Positions 25,316-36,112 of a stretch of DNA of 64,000 nucleotides are shown here, piece by piece. The stretch is from an uncultured Candidatus Rokubacteria bacterium (lineage in GTDB: Bacteria > Methylomirabilota > Methylomirabilia > Rokubacteriales > CSP1-6), in NCBI GenBank assembly GCA_963789955.1, contig CAWBMV010000001.1, positions 704,001-768,000 on the forward strand. Reading direction: 5' to 3'. Under the pieces are notes generated by a model, which saw only the letters and a list, made by a program, of their open reading frames with translations, did not search any database and had not been told where the DNA came from. A program made the translations under genes and the position numbers. How positions within the stretch are numbered: the stretch's first letter is position 1; each line of letters opens with the position of its first letter.

Positions 25316-26625
25316 ATGGCGATTCGAGCCTCTTTTCGACTGTTGTTGGCAAGTTTAGTCGGAATTATTTCGCCGATCGCCCTCTCACCCGTCTGTGCCG
25401 AATCACAGTCTCTGTCGCGCGATTTTCTCGAAGTCTCTATTCCGTCGCCGTCGAACGAAGAGTTCACACGGCCCGCTCCATCGCTCGACACGAAGACTGA
25501 AGAGCCGGGCTTACAAGACGACTCTTCGGTATGGGTGCCCGAGGACTTCGATCCTTGGGCGTACGCATTTGCGGAATCGTCCCGGCTCCAGGCACAGTCG
25601 TTTCGGCTCGTAAAAGTTCCCACGTACACGATCTCGATGAACTCGCAGGTGAAGTACTTCGTCGATCGGTTCACCACCGTTCGCCGCGACGTGGTCGGCC
25701 TGTGGGTACGACGCTCGGGACAGTACCTCGGGATGATCTTCGACGTTTTCAGAGCCAAGGGATTGCCCGAAGATCTCGCCTTCACGGCGATGATCGAGAG
25801 CGGCTTCAATCCCACGGCCGTGTCCCGCGTCGGCGCCAAGGGGATGTGGCAGTTCATGGCGCCCACCGCGCGACTCTACGGCTTGCGCGTCGACCACTGG
25901 GTTGACGAGCGCCTCGACCCCGAGAAGTCCACCGTGGCTGCTGCCCGCTACCTCAACGACCTCTATGTTCGGTACGGCTCGTGGGAGCTGGCCCAGGCAG
26001 CCTACAACGCCGGTGAGGTCAAGATAGACAAAGCCATTCGGGGCACGGGCTCGACCGACTTCTGGGATCTGAGCCGGTCCAAGTACCTCAAACGAGAGAC
26101 GAAGGACTTCGTGCCGGCGATCCAGGCAGCGATGGTGATCGGTCGCGATCCCAGTCAGTACGGCTTCGAGCCGAGTCCAGTCGGCATGCCGGACGTCGAG
26201 CGGGTGACCGCTCCGGCCGGGACGGACCTCCGAAAGCTCGCTAGTACCACCGGCATTTCGTTTCAGACGTTGCGCTCACTCAATCCTGTCCTGATTCGGG
26301 CATCACCCCGCCCGGCAGGACCTGGGAAGTGCGTGTTCCCGGTGGCTCACGAGAGGTCGTGACGGCAGCTCTCACGCCCCATCGGAAGGTCGTCGCGCCC
26401 GTCGTCGCCGCGGCGCCGAGCCGCCGCCCGGCGGGAACGGGGATCCATGTGGTTCGCACGCGCGACACCGTGAGCTCGATTGCCAAGCTCTACGGGGTCT
26501 CCACCACCGACGTCGTTCGCTGGAACAATCTCGAAAACGGCGACGCGATTCGGCCGGGGGATCGGCTTCGCGTCTCGAGTGTCCGCCCATCCGTCGAGCG
26601 CGACGGACAGGGCGGGTTCAGGTGA
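25316..26625 (+). CDS. mltD: MltD-like lytic transglycosylase with LysM domain (frameshift near 26300)
   Basis: AMIESGFNP, GAKGMWQFM, DERLDPEKST, AAYNAGE, ETKDFVP; LysM HVVRTRDTVSSIAKLYGVS. Confidence 0.88.
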
Positions 26626-26867
26626 AGGTCGAAGTCCGACTCTTCGCCACTCTCGCTTCGTTTCTTCCCGCTCACGGCCGCGCCGGCGCGGCCGAGCTCG
26701 AGCTCCCCGAAGGTAGTACGGTCACCGAGGTCACCCGCTGTCTCGGCATCCCGCCTGATCTCGCCCGAGTCGTGCTCGTCAACGGGCGCGATATCGGCCC
26801 CGAGGCACGGTTGGCCGCGCGCGACGTCGTGACGATCTTCCCCCCGCTCGCGGGTGGCGCCGGCTAG
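26622..26867 (+). CDS. MoaD/ThiS family ubiquitin-like protein
   Basis: VKVEVRLFATL...VLVNG...DVVTIFPPLAGG(AG). Confidence 0.85.
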   Translation: MKVEVRLFATLASFLPAHGRAGAAELELPEGSTVTEVTRCLGIPPDLARVVLVNGRDIGPEARLAARDVVTIFPPLAGGAG

Positions 26868-27811
26868 GCGTCGCGCGGCAAGGTCGCCATCGGCGCAACC
26901 CCGCTTTCGGACTCGGTGGCGTGCTCGGCGCCCGCTTGCTCGATCGCCGAATCGATCTCCGCGCCGACCAGCAGGGCGACGCCGCTCCAGTAGAGCCACA
27001 GCATCAACAAGATCAAGCCGCCGATCGAGCCGTACGTCGCGTTGTAGTAGTCGAAGTATCCGACGTAGAACCGGAGCCCGAGCGACATCAAGAGCCACGA
27101 GACGACCGCGAACGCCGAGCCGGGGGTGACCCAGGACCAGATGCGATCCATCGCGGGCGCCAGATAGTAGACGAGTGTCACACCGGTGAGGACCAGAAGG
27201 ATCACCACCGGGACCTGCGCGAGCTTCCAGGTCAGCGTAAACAGGGGGCCGAGCCCGACGAAGTCGCCGATGGCCTCTCCGAGACGGACCCCGAACACCA
27301 CCAGCAGCAGGGCGGTGAGGGTGAACAGCGAGAAGACCAAGGTGAGCGCGACCGCGATGAGCCGTTTCTCCCACCAGGTCCGCTGATCCGTGATCCCGTA
27401 GGCCGCATTCAGTGCCTTCATGATCGAGAGCATCCCGCTCGAGGCGCCGACCAGCGCCACGAGCGCGCTGACCGATACGAGGCCGCCGCTGGCGCCCCGG
27501 ACGGCCTCCGCCAGGGTTTTCTTGATCAGGGAAGCGGCATCCCCGGGGAGCACCCGCTCGACGTAGCCGATCAGCTGCGACATGAGATCTGGAACCGGAA
27601 GCAAGCCGAGCAGCGCGGTGAGGAACAAGAGTGTCGGCAGGAGCGCGAAGGCGAAGTAGTAGGAGAGCTCGGCCGCTCGATCGAGGATCTCGTCGTGCCA
27701 GGACCGCAGGTAGACGCGGGTGGCGAGCCCTCTGACCGAGAGTCCTCCGAGCGCCCAGGGCGAGGCCGCCGTGCGGCCTTCTCGTGGCCGCGTTGCCTTC
27801 AGCGGAATCAC
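26864..27811 (-). CDS. YihY/BrkB family membrane protein
   Basis: AAELSYYFAFAL, ALNAAYG, VTPGS, YNATYGSIGGLILLMLWLY, GAEID. Confidence 0.92.
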   Translation of the reverse strand: MIPLKATRPREGRTAASPWALGGLSVRGLATRVYLRSWHDEILDRAAELSYYFAFALLPTLLFLTALLGLLPVPDLMSQLIGYVERVLPGDAASLIKKTLAEAVRGASGGLVSVSALVALVGASSGMLSIMKALNAAYGITDQRTWWEKRLIAVALTLVFSLFTLTALLLVVFGVRLGEAIGDFVGLGPLFTLTWKLAQVPVVILLVLTGVTLVYYLAPAMDRIWSWVTPGSAFAVVSWLLMSLGLRFYVGYFDYYNATYGSIGGLILLMLWLYWSGVALLVGAEIDSAIEQAGAEHATESESGVAPMATLPRDA

Positions 27812-27971
27812 TTCGCGCCCATCGTAGCAGGGACCATACGAAATCGCGCTGCTCCCGGGACGACCGCGAGAGGCCAGGGTCCCCGCCCGCGTTTCCGACC
27901 CGGGCCGCGAGGCCGGGCCATCGGGTCGGTGGTAAACTCGTGCCGTTTCAACGAGCTAGCGTTGTAGCGTC

Positions 27972-28069
27972 GGAAGCGTCTAGGAACCCGGTGGGCCTCC
28001 CGGACTTCAAATCCGGTGGACCGTTCTAGACAAACGGTCGATGGGTTCGACTCCCATACGCTTCCGCCA
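27972..28069 (+). tRNA. selC: tRNA-Sec (TCA)
   Basis: 8-bp acceptor GGAAGCGT/ACGCTTCC, 5-bp T stem ATGGG/CCCAT, CCGGA-CTTCAAA-TCCGG anticodon arm, long variable arm, GCCA end; near selAB. Confidence 0.96.
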
Positions 28070-28079
28070 AAGGAGTGAA

Positions 28080-28612
28080 ATGGCCAAAGGCGATCGGCGC
28101 ACACGGACACCCGGACGCCGGCGAAGCGCCGTCGGACCGCTATCGCCGTCGTGGTCACCGTGTTGGCGGCGACCGTCGTCGGCTACTTCGCGTACCGAGC
28201 CCAGGCGAACCTGCCGGGCGTACAGTTCGCGGATCAGGGCAATCTCCATGTCCCGAGTGCCGACATCCCCCACGAGCAGTACAACTCGGAACCTCCGACG
28301 TCGGGGCCGCATCTTCCATACATCGCTCCGTGGGGCGTCCACACGCGGCCGATCGTGCGCGAGCTGCAGGTGCACAACCTGGAGGACGGCGGCGTGGTCG
28401 TGCAATACAACTGCGAGTGCCCCGATCTGGTCGCAAAGCTCAAGACCATCGTGGACAAATATGACAAGCAGGTCATCCTCGCGCCGTATCCCGGAATGCA
28501 ACACAAGATCGCGCTGACGGCGTGGACGCGGCTCGACACCATGGATGAGCTCGACGAGGGCCGCATCACGCGTTTCATCGAGGCCTACCGTGGTATCGAC
28601 CACCACAAATAG
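28080..28612 (+). CDS. DUF3105 family membrane-anchored protein (probable frameshift near the N-terminus)
   Basis: YNSEPPTSGPH, VHNLEDGGVVVQYNC, IALTAWTRL; SD AAGGAG immediately after the tRNA. Confidence 0.8.
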
Positions 28613-28682
28613 CCGGGCGCTGCCGACGCGCGGATCCGGGCCGGTGCCGGCCGCCCGCCTTCGCCTCACGGCCCTGGCGGGC

Positions 28683-29129
28683 ATGGCCGTCCTGCTCGGT
28701 GCCTGCTCCGGTCTCCATGTGTCGCCGCTGGCGCCGCCGCCGTACCAGGTGGAGGTCGCCGCGCGCTACGACGCCGCCTGGTCCGCCCTGGTCCGCGCCC
28801 TCGCCAGAGAAAACGTGCCGATCCGGGCGATCGCGCGCGACTCTGGTGTCATCGCCTCCGACGATTTCATCGCGCCGATCGGCGTCTATGCGGACTGCGG
28901 CCGGGTCGGGGGCGAGCTCGTGGAAGGCGAAGCTCTGGTAGCCTTTACATTGTTTGCCGAGCCGAACGGTACGTGGACCCGGGTGCTGGTGAATTCGAAG
29001 ATGCGGACGCATATGCAGCGCAAGGGCTCGAGCGGCAAGCTGCGCCCGATGCCCGTCTACCAGTGCGCATCGACGGGCCGGTTCGAGGCGAACCTGCTCG
29101 ACGCCGTGCGCGAGCTGGTGAAGGAGTAA
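28683..29129 (+). CDS. Hypothetical lipoprotein (start uncertain)
   Basis: Lipobox LLGAC; YDAAWSALVRAL..DSGVIASD; two further Cys (DCG, CAST). Confidence 0.6.
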   Translation: MAVLLGACSGLHVSPLAPPPYQVEVAARYDAAWSALVRALARENVPIRAIARDSGVIASDDFIAPIGVYADCGRVGGELVEGEALVAFTLFAEPNGTWTRVLVNSKMRTHMQRKGSSGKLRPMPVYQCASTGRFEANLLDAVRELVKE

Positions 29130-29131
29130 TC

Positions 29132-29416
29132 GTGCCGTCGCGACTGGCCGATCTCATCCGAAAAGCGCGTCGCCTCGCGTCCGAGCGGGACCGCCTCATC
29201 GAGGACCTGGCCGGCGAATGGACTCACGCGTTGCGTGGCCAGGGCCTTTCGCCGACCGATCTCGAGGAGCTCTGGGCCGGGCTCGTGGAGGACGCCGTGC
29301 GCCGTGGACGGCAGACGGGTGAGGGGAAATGGACGGCCCAGGCGTGGCGTCACGAAGCTCAGGAGGTCGTCGCCCGCGTTCGGCAGAAGGTCGAGGCCGC
29401 ACTCGGTGAGCGCTGA
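29132..29416 (+). CDS. Small helical hypothetical protein
   Basis: SD AAGGAG then GTG; 94 aa; fills the gap and overlaps the selA start. Confidence 0.6.
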   Translation: MPSRLADLIRKARRLASERDRLIEDLAGEWTHALRGQGLSPTDLEELWAGLVEDAVRRGRQTGEGKWTAQAWRHEAQEVVARVRQKVEAALGER

Positions 29417-30806
29417 CCGCGCGACGGCGCTACGGAGCCTGCCGTCGGTCGACCAGCTCCTTCGACGGCTCGCGGGCCAGGCCGAGGCCCAGGGGCTCAC
29501 CCGCGCCCGTCTGACCTCGCTCATCCGGGAGACCTTGGATCAGGAACGCGGTCGCGTGCTCGCCGACAAGACCGCGCCGGCGACGGCTGAGCTCCTCGCC
29601 GAGCGGGTCGTCGAGCGCGCGCGCCGGGCGGGGCCCTTCTCCCTGCGCCCGGTTATCAACGCGCAGGGCGTTGTTCTCCACACCAACCTTGGTCGGGCGC
29701 TCCTGAGCCCGCTCGCGCTCGAACGACTCCAGGCCGTCGCCACGACCTATTCGAACCTCGAGCTCGATCTCGTCCGGAAGGAGCGCGGATCCCGCTACAG
29801 CCACGTCGAGGCCGTGCTGCGCCGGCTGACCGGTGCCGAAGACGCCCTCGTGGTCAACAACAACGCGGCCGCGGTGCTCCTGGCCCTCGAGACGCTCGCC
29901 CACGGCCGCGAGGTCATCGTCTCCCGTGGGGAGCTGATCGAGATCGGCGGCGAGTTCCGCATCCCCGACATCATGCTGCGAAGCGGCGCGGTGCTCCGTG
30001 AGGTCGGCGCCACGAACCGGACTCATCCGCGCGACTACGCCGACGCGATCACCGACAACACGGCGCTCCTGCTGAAGGTTCATACCTCGAACTACCGCGT
30101 GGTCGGCTTCACGGCCGAGGTGTCGTCCCGCGAGCTGGTCGAGCTCGGGCGCGAGCGGGGGATCCCCGTGATGGAGGATCTCGGCTCGGGCTCCTTCGTC
30201 GATCTGCGGCCGTGGGGATTTCCGTACGAACCGACCGTCCAGGAAACGGTCTCTGCGGGGGTCGATCTCGTCTCGTTCTCCGGCGACAAGCTCCTCGGCG
30301 GGCCTCAGGCCGGTGTCGTGGTCGGCAAGCGCAGCATCGTGTCGCGTCTGAAGAAGAACCCGTGGAACCGAGCGCTCCGCATCGACAAGTTCACGATCGC
30401 CGCGCTCGAGGCGACCCTTTACGCCTACGAGGCGGGAACGGCGCTGCAGACGGTGCCGACACTCGCGATGCTGACCGAGCCGCTCACCTCGGTGCGCGGC
30501 CGCGCCCGGCGCGTGCTGCGCCGTCTCGCTCCGGGCGTACGACAGCGTCTCGGAGCCGAGGTCGTCGACGATCACGGCATGGTGGGCGGCGGCGCCCTGC
30601 CGACGGTGGAGCTGCCGACCGCGGCACTCGCCGTCGGGACGAGCTCGGATGCGACGATGCGGCTCGACGAGGCGCTGCGTGGCGGCGACCCGCCGGTGGT
30701 CGGCCGTATCGCGCACGATCGTCTCTTCCTCGACTGCCGGACCGTGCTGCCCGCTCAGGTGGGCCTCCTGGCCGAGGCGCTGACCAGCGCGGCGGCGCGC
30801 CTGTGA
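29406..30806 (+). CDS. selA: L-seryl-tRNA(Sec) selenium transferase
   Basis: LRSLPSVD, VINAQGVVLHTNLGRA, VNNNAAA, SRGELIEIGG, SGDKLLGGPQAG (PLP Lys). Confidence 0.97.
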   Translation: MSADRATALRSLPSVDQLLRRLAGQAEAQGLTRARLTSLIRETLDQERGRVLADKTAPATAELLAERVVERARRAGPFSLRPVINAQGVVLHTNLGRALLSPLALERLQAVATTYSNLELDLVRKERGSRYSHVEAVLRRLTGAEDALVVNNNAAAVLLALETLAHGREVIVSRGELIEIGGEFRIPDIMLRSGAVLREVGATNRTHPRDYADAITDNTALLLKVHTSNYRVVGFTAEVSSRELVELGRERGIPVMEDLGSGSFVDLRPWGFPYEPTVQETVSAGVDLVSFSGDKLLGGPQAGVVVGKRSIVSRLKKNPWNRALRIDKFTIAALEATLYAYEAGTALQTVPTLAMLTEPLTSVRGRARRVLRRLAPGVRQRLGAEVVDDHGMVGGGALPTVELPTAALAVGTSSDATMRLDEALRGGDPPVVGRIAHDRLFLDCRTVLPAQVGLLAEALTSAAARL

Positions 30807-32716
30807 GCGCGACGGCCCCGACGCACATCGTCGTCGGCACGGCCGGCCACATCGACCACGGCAAGACCTCGCTGGTGAAGGCCCTGACCGGGACCGATAC
30901 GGATCGCCTCCCCGAGGAGAAAGCTCGGGGCATCACGATCGATCTCGGCTTCGCGTTTCTCGAGGAGCCGGGCCTCACGATCGAGATCGTCGACGTGCCG
31001 GGCCACGAGCGCTTCGTCAGGAACATGCTGGCCGGCGTCGGCGGAATCGACCTGGCGATGCTGGTCATCGCGGCCGACGAGGGGGTGATGCCGCAGACGC
31101 GCGAGCACCTGGCGATCTGCTCGCTGCTGCGGATCAAAGCCGGACTGATCGCGCTGACCAAGGCCGATCTCGTCGAGTCCGACTGGCTCGAGCTGGTTCG
31201 AGAAGACGTCGCCGGCGCCGTGCGGGGCACGTTCCTGGAGGGCGCCCCGATCGTCCCGGTGTCCTCGAAGACGGGCCAGGGGCTCGACGAGCTCCGCGCC
31301 GCGCTCCGCTCGCTTGCCGCATCGGTGCCGCAGCGAGGCACCGACGAGCTGCCACGCTTGCCGATCGATCGCGTGTTCACGGTCCGAGGATTCGGGACCG
31401 TCGTCACCGGAACGCTCACCGCGGGCGTCCTGGCGGCCGACGATCGGGTCGAGGTCTATCCGAAGCGTGCCGAGGCAAAGATCCGAGGCCTGCAGGCCCA
31501 CGGACAGCCGGTGGCCTCGGCGCGGGCGGGGCAACGCACGGCGATCAATCTTCAAGGGCTCGAGCGAACCGCGATCGCGCGCGGCGACGTGGTGGGCCTG
31601 CCCGGCACGCTCGTGCCGTCGACACTCGTCGACGGCACGTTCGAGCTGTTGCCCGACGCGCCGCGAGCCGTGAAGACACGCACGCGCGTGCGCTTCCACG
31701 TCGGAACGAGCGAGATCATGGCGCGCGCCCTGCTGCTCGATCGGGCGGAGCTGGCGCCGGGCGAGACGGCGTTCGCGCGGTTCCGCCTCGAAGCGCCGCT
31801 GGTGGCGCGGCCGGGCGACCGCTTCGTCGTGCGCTCCTATTCGCCGATCGTGACGATCGGCGGCGGAACGTTGCTCGACGTCGATCCGCCGCGCTTCAAG
31901 CGGAAGGGGCCGGCGCTCGTGGCCCATCTCGAGCTGCTCCAGACGGGGAGCCCGGACGCGGTGCTCGAGGAGCACGTTCGCCACGTCGGTTCCGGCGGGG
32001 TGCGTCTGACGACGCTCGCCGGACGGGTGCCGTTCGGGCCTGAGCGTCTTCGCGCCTTGCTCGGAGGTCTCCAGGCGGGCGGCCGTGTGATCAGCATCGA
32101 TCGCGACTGGTTCATCCATCCCGATAGCTTCGGCCGGCTGCGCGGTCTCGTCGTCGACGAGCTCACGGCGTTTCACCGTGCGAACCCCCTCAAGCCCGGG
32201 ATGTCCCGCGAGGAGCTCCGCGGCCGCGCCGGCGGGGCCGACGAGCGCGTCTTCGCCTTTCTGCTCTCGTCCCTCGCCGCCGAGGGCGTCGTCAAGACCG
32301 AGCGCGACAAGGTGTGGCTCGCCTCCCACGAGGTGCGCCTGTCTCCGGAGCAGCAGCGGGTCATGGACACCCTCGAGGGCGAATTCAGCCGGGCCGAGGC
32401 CGCCCCGCCCAGCCCCGAGGAAGCGCTGGGTCGGGCCGGGGTCAGGGGTGACGAGGAGCACGAGCTCTTCCAGGTCCTCGTCCAGTCCGGCAAGCTCGTC
32501 CGCGTCAAGGAATCGCTCTTCTTTCACGCGCAGGCGCTCGAGTCGATCCAGACGAAGCTCGTGGCGCTCCTGCGCGAGCGCAAGGACATCGGTCCGAGCG
32601 ACATCAAGGATCTGCTGGGCATTTCCCGGAAATACGCGATTCCGCTCCTCGAATTCTTCGACCAGCGCCGGGTCACGGCGCGCGTCGGAGAAAGGCGCAT
32701 CTTGCGCGCGGGGTAG
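30803..32716 (+). CDS. selB: Selenocysteine-specific elongation factor
   Basis: GTAGHIDHGKT, RGITIDLGFA, DVPGHERFVRNM, C-terminal winged helix SRKYAIPLLEFFD. Confidence 0.97.
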   Translation: MSATAPTHIVVGTAGHIDHGKTSLVKALTGTDTDRLPEEKARGITIDLGFAFLEEPGLTIEIVDVPGHERFVRNMLAGVGGIDLAMLVIAADEGVMPQTREHLAICSLLRIKAGLIALTKADLVESDWLELVREDVAGAVRGTFLEGAPIVPVSSKTGQGLDELRAALRSLAASVPQRGTDELPRLPIDRVFTVRGFGTVVTGTLTAGVLAADDRVEVYPKRAEAKIRGLQAHGQPVASARAGQRTAINLQGLERTAIARGDVVGLPGTLVPSTLVDGTFELLPDAPRAVKTRTRVRFHVGTSEIMARALLLDRAELAPGETAFARFRLEAPLVARPGDRFVVRSYSPIVTIGGGTLLDVDPPRFKRKGPALVAHLELLQTGSPDAVLEEHVRHVGSGGVRLTTLAGRVPFGPERLRALLGGLQAGGRVISIDRDWFIHPDSFGRLRGLVVDELTAFHRANPLKPGMSREELRGRAGGADERVFAFLLSSLAAEGVVKTERDKVWLASHEVRLSPEQQRVMDTLEGEFSRAEAAPPSPEEALGRAGVRGDEEHELFQVLVQSGKLVRVKESLFFHAQALESIQTKLVALLRERKDIGPSDIKDLLGISRKYAIPLLEFFDQRRVTARVGERRILRAG

Positions 32717-32756
32717 GGCGGGAGTAAGGTATGGCGTCGTTGGAAAGGAGTCCTCT

Positions 32757-32948
32757 ATGTTTGGGCTGGGCTACCAGGAACTGCTGATCATCCTCGTCAT
32801 CGTGCTGATTCTCTTCGGCGCGAACCGACTGCCGGAGCTCGCCCGCTCACTCGGCTCGAGCGTCAAGGAGTTCAAGAAGGGCGTCAACGAGGTCAAGGCC
32901 GAGGACACCACCGCCGCCGCGAAGAAGCCAGAGGAGAACAAGACGTAA
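32757..32948 (+). CDS. tatA: Twin-arginine translocase TatA/E
   Basis: MFGLGYQELLIILVIVLILFGANRLPELARSLG; SD AAGGAG. Confidence 0.93.
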   Translation: MFGLGYQELLIILVIVLILFGANRLPELARSLGSSVKEFKKGVNEVKAEDTTAAAKKPEENKT

Positions 32949-32949
32949 G

Positions 32950-34588
32950 TCCGCGTTCGGATTTCTTCTTCGCCGCCGCGCTCTCGTTCCTGACGATCGT
33001 CTCGCGCCTTCCGTATCGCGCGCGTCTGCTCTACAACTGGGACGCCGTGCAGTTTGCGCTGGCGCTCAACGAATACGACGTCCTCAAGCACCAGCCGCAC
33101 CCGCCGGGCTACATCCTCTACGTCGTGCTGGGCCGCATCGTCAACGCGTGGCTCCACGATCCGACGGCCTCGTACGTCGCGCTCGCGGTCGCGTTCAGCG
33201 GCCTGACGACCTTCGTCGTGTACTACCTCGCGCTGGCGGTCTACGACCGGACGACCGCGCTCGCCGCCGCCGCGATGCTCGCCGTGAGCCCGCTCTTCTG
33301 GTTCTACGGCTCGGTCGGCCTCACGTACGCCGGCGAGGCGCTCTTCGCGTCGACCGTCGCGTACTTCGGCTTTCGCGCGCTCAACGGTAGTCGCAGCGAC
33401 GCGTACCTGGCCGCGTGGTATCTGGGCATCGCGGGCGGCATGCGCCAGTCGCTGCTCGTCCTGCTGTTCCCGCTCTGGATCGGATGCGTGGTGATCGGCA
33501 CGCGCCGGGTCCGCGTCGTCCTGATCAGCCTCGGCATCCTGGCCGCGTCGGTGCTGACCTGGTTCGTGCCGATGATCTGGCTCACCGGCGGCCTCGAGCG
33601 CTACATCGCCGCCTCGGTCGAGCTGGCGGACTCGGTCGTCAAGCCGACGTCGATCGTCGGCGGGCCGTTCGACGTCACCCTGCGGATGTCGCGCTACCTG
33701 CTCGAATCCGTCCTGGTGGCCCTCGGTCCGCTCGCCGCGGCGAGCCTCCTGGCCGTCTGGTACGTCCGGCGGTGGGGCTGGACCTTCCGGGAGTGGTTCC
33801 TGCTCGCGTGGACGGTCCCGCCGGTGCTGGTCTACACGCTCGTGCATTTCGGACAGGCCGGCTACGTCCTGACGTTTCTCCCCGCGCTGGTGATCTTCCT
33901 TTCGCGCGTGCTGGTCACGGCCCTCGGGCAGGCGGCCGAGCTCCTGCCGTTGCCGCGGGCCCGCGTCGCGCTGACCGCCGCCGTCGTCATGCTCGTCGTG
34001 CTCGTCAACGGCTCGTTCTTCGTGTCGGCGAGACCGGCCCCCCGCGATTTCGACACGCCGCGATCGCCGTGGATCCGCCAGGCGCAGGACGAAGCGTTCG
34101 ACTGGATCTTCAGCCGCACCGCCGCGGCGCTGCGCGAGCACGAGGAGGTCGTGAGCGGGTTCGTCGACTCGATCCGCGGGCTCTACCCGGGCGAGACGAC
34201 CGTGATCATCACCGAGCAGGGGAACTCGCGCTCGTATCCGTGGTTCCGGCACGCGATGTTCTACCTGCCGGAATACGCGGTGTACGAGCTCCAGGTCGGC
34301 GGCCTGGTGCCCGGCTTCCGGGCCTCGCGGCTGTCGGCGACCATGTCGACGATTCCCGAGGTCGAGATCGACCTGCCTTCGTCCGTCGAGCGGCTCGTCT
34401 GGTTCGTCGACCACTGGAGCCCGACGACGGTGCGGCCCGAGGGCCTGGTCGAGATCGAGATCCCGCATGGCCGCTATCTCTACGTGCTGCCGCTCGGCCG
34501 GAAGGCCATCGACTACGAGGACTACACCTTCGTCCGCGCGCAGCCTCCACGCCGCGCCGCCGGCGCCGCGCGTGCCCGGCCGCAGTGA
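32950..34588 (+). CDS. Multi-TM GT-C-like glycosyltransferase (DUF2723/PMT-like); start unresolved
   Basis: WDAVQFALAL..HQPHPPGYILY; about 10 hydrophobic segments; frame open upstream of 33047. Confidence 0.65.
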
Positions 34589-36104
34589 GTCGCTCGCGGC
34601 CCTCGCCCGGTGGCGCGCTGACGGTCTCGTAGTCGCCGCCGCCCTGCTGCCGCTCACGCTCTTCGTCGCGCGCGAGTGGCAGATCGCCGGGGCTTTCGGG
34701 TTTCCGCTCGACGATTCGTGGATCCATCTGCACTTCGCGCGTAACCTCGCCGCCGGCGCCGGATTCTCCTACAACCCCGGCACTCCGATCGCCGGCTCGA
34801 CCGCGCCGCTGTGGACGCTTCTGCTCGGCGCGGGCGCGTTCGTCGTCTCGCCCTCGCTCGCGATGGCCAAAGTGATCGGCATCGTCGCGACCGTGGCGGC
34901 GGCGCTCGTCACGCGTCGCGCGGCGCTCGCCTGGGGGGCGCGAGACGACATCGCGCTCGTCGCGGCGATCGCGCTCACGTGGATGGGCCCGATCGTCTGG
35001 GGGGCGCTGTCCGGGATGGAGGTCTCTCTCGCGGCCTTGCTGGTGGCCGCCGCGCTCCTCGCGCACGCGCGCGATCACGCGCTCGCGTCGGCCGTGTGCG
35101 CGGCGCTGGCGGTGCTCGCGCGCCCCGAGGCGCTGCTGCTCGTCCCGTTCCTGGCCGCCGCGCGCCCGCTGACGATCCGCCGCGTCGTGCTGTTCGCGGC
35201 CGTCACGATCGTGGTGGTGGCACCAGCCGTCCTCTTCAGCTTGAAGACCGCCGGCACGCCGTACCCGGCGACCGCCGCCGCCAAGGTCGAGGGCGGTCTC
35301 GTCGGCTGGCTCGGCGGCGTTCGCGAGCCGGCGGCGCTCACGTTCATCAAGCGCCCGGCCGCGTTTCTTACCGAATGGATCGTGTGGCTGGCCACGATCC
35401 ACGGGCTCCTGCCGATCGCGCTCGCTGCGGCGCTCGTCCTGACATGGAAGTATGCCGGCCGGGCTCTTGGTTTGGTCGCGCTCGTCCTCCTCGCGCATCC
35501 CCTCGGCATGGCGTTGCTCGCGCCGTACCGTGGCCCGGCCTTCCAGGAAGGGCGGTATTCGATCCATCTGCTGCCGCTCGCCATGGTCGTCCTGGCGGCG
35601 GCGCTGGGCAGTCGTGGCCACGATCTCGCGGCCAGAGTTCCCGGGGGTTACGCCTGGGCGGGCCGGGCCGTTCTCGTGGGGTGGCTCGCGATCGCGGCGG
35701 GAGCGCTCGTGCCGGCGGCCACGCGCTACGCGTGGGCTGTTCAGAACATCAACGCGATGCAGGTCCACCTCGGGCGCTGGGTGGACGCGCAGCTGCCGAA
35801 GACGGCGCGGATCGCGCTGAACGACATCGGGGCGATCGCCTTTTTCTCGCGTCGAGAGATCGTCGACCTCATGGGGCTCGTGACGCCGGAGATCATTCCC
35901 TATCGACGCCGGGGCGAGACCGGGGTGATGGAGTACGTGTCCGAGACGTGCCCTGAATATCTCATCATCTTCCCGGCGTGGTTCCCGCGGCTCGCCGCGA
36001 GCAGGGAGACGCTCCAGCCGATCTATCGCGTGCGCCTCGAGCGCAACGAGGTCGCGGGCGCCGCGGAAATGGTCGTGTATCGACTGCTGCGCTGTGCGGT
36101 ATGA
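34585..36104 (+). CDS. Multi-TM GT-C-like membrane protein (arabinofuranosyl/mannosyltransferase-like); start approximate
   Basis: DDSWIHLHFARNLAAG.G.SYNPG, GSTAPLW, SGME, ARPE, DIGAIAF, DLMGL. Confidence 0.7.
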
Positions 36105-36112
36105 TCGGCGCC

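Noticed and set aside
27972..28069. tRNA-Sec as an integration site for an island
   Set aside because: No integrase, no duplicated tRNA 3' end, and no compositional shift downstream.
27972..36104. Selenoproteins (in-frame TGA plus SECIS) near the sel cluster
   Set aside because: I found no TGA at a catalytic Cys position with continued homology; the TGA stops seen are ordinary stop/start overlaps. Inspection was by eye only.
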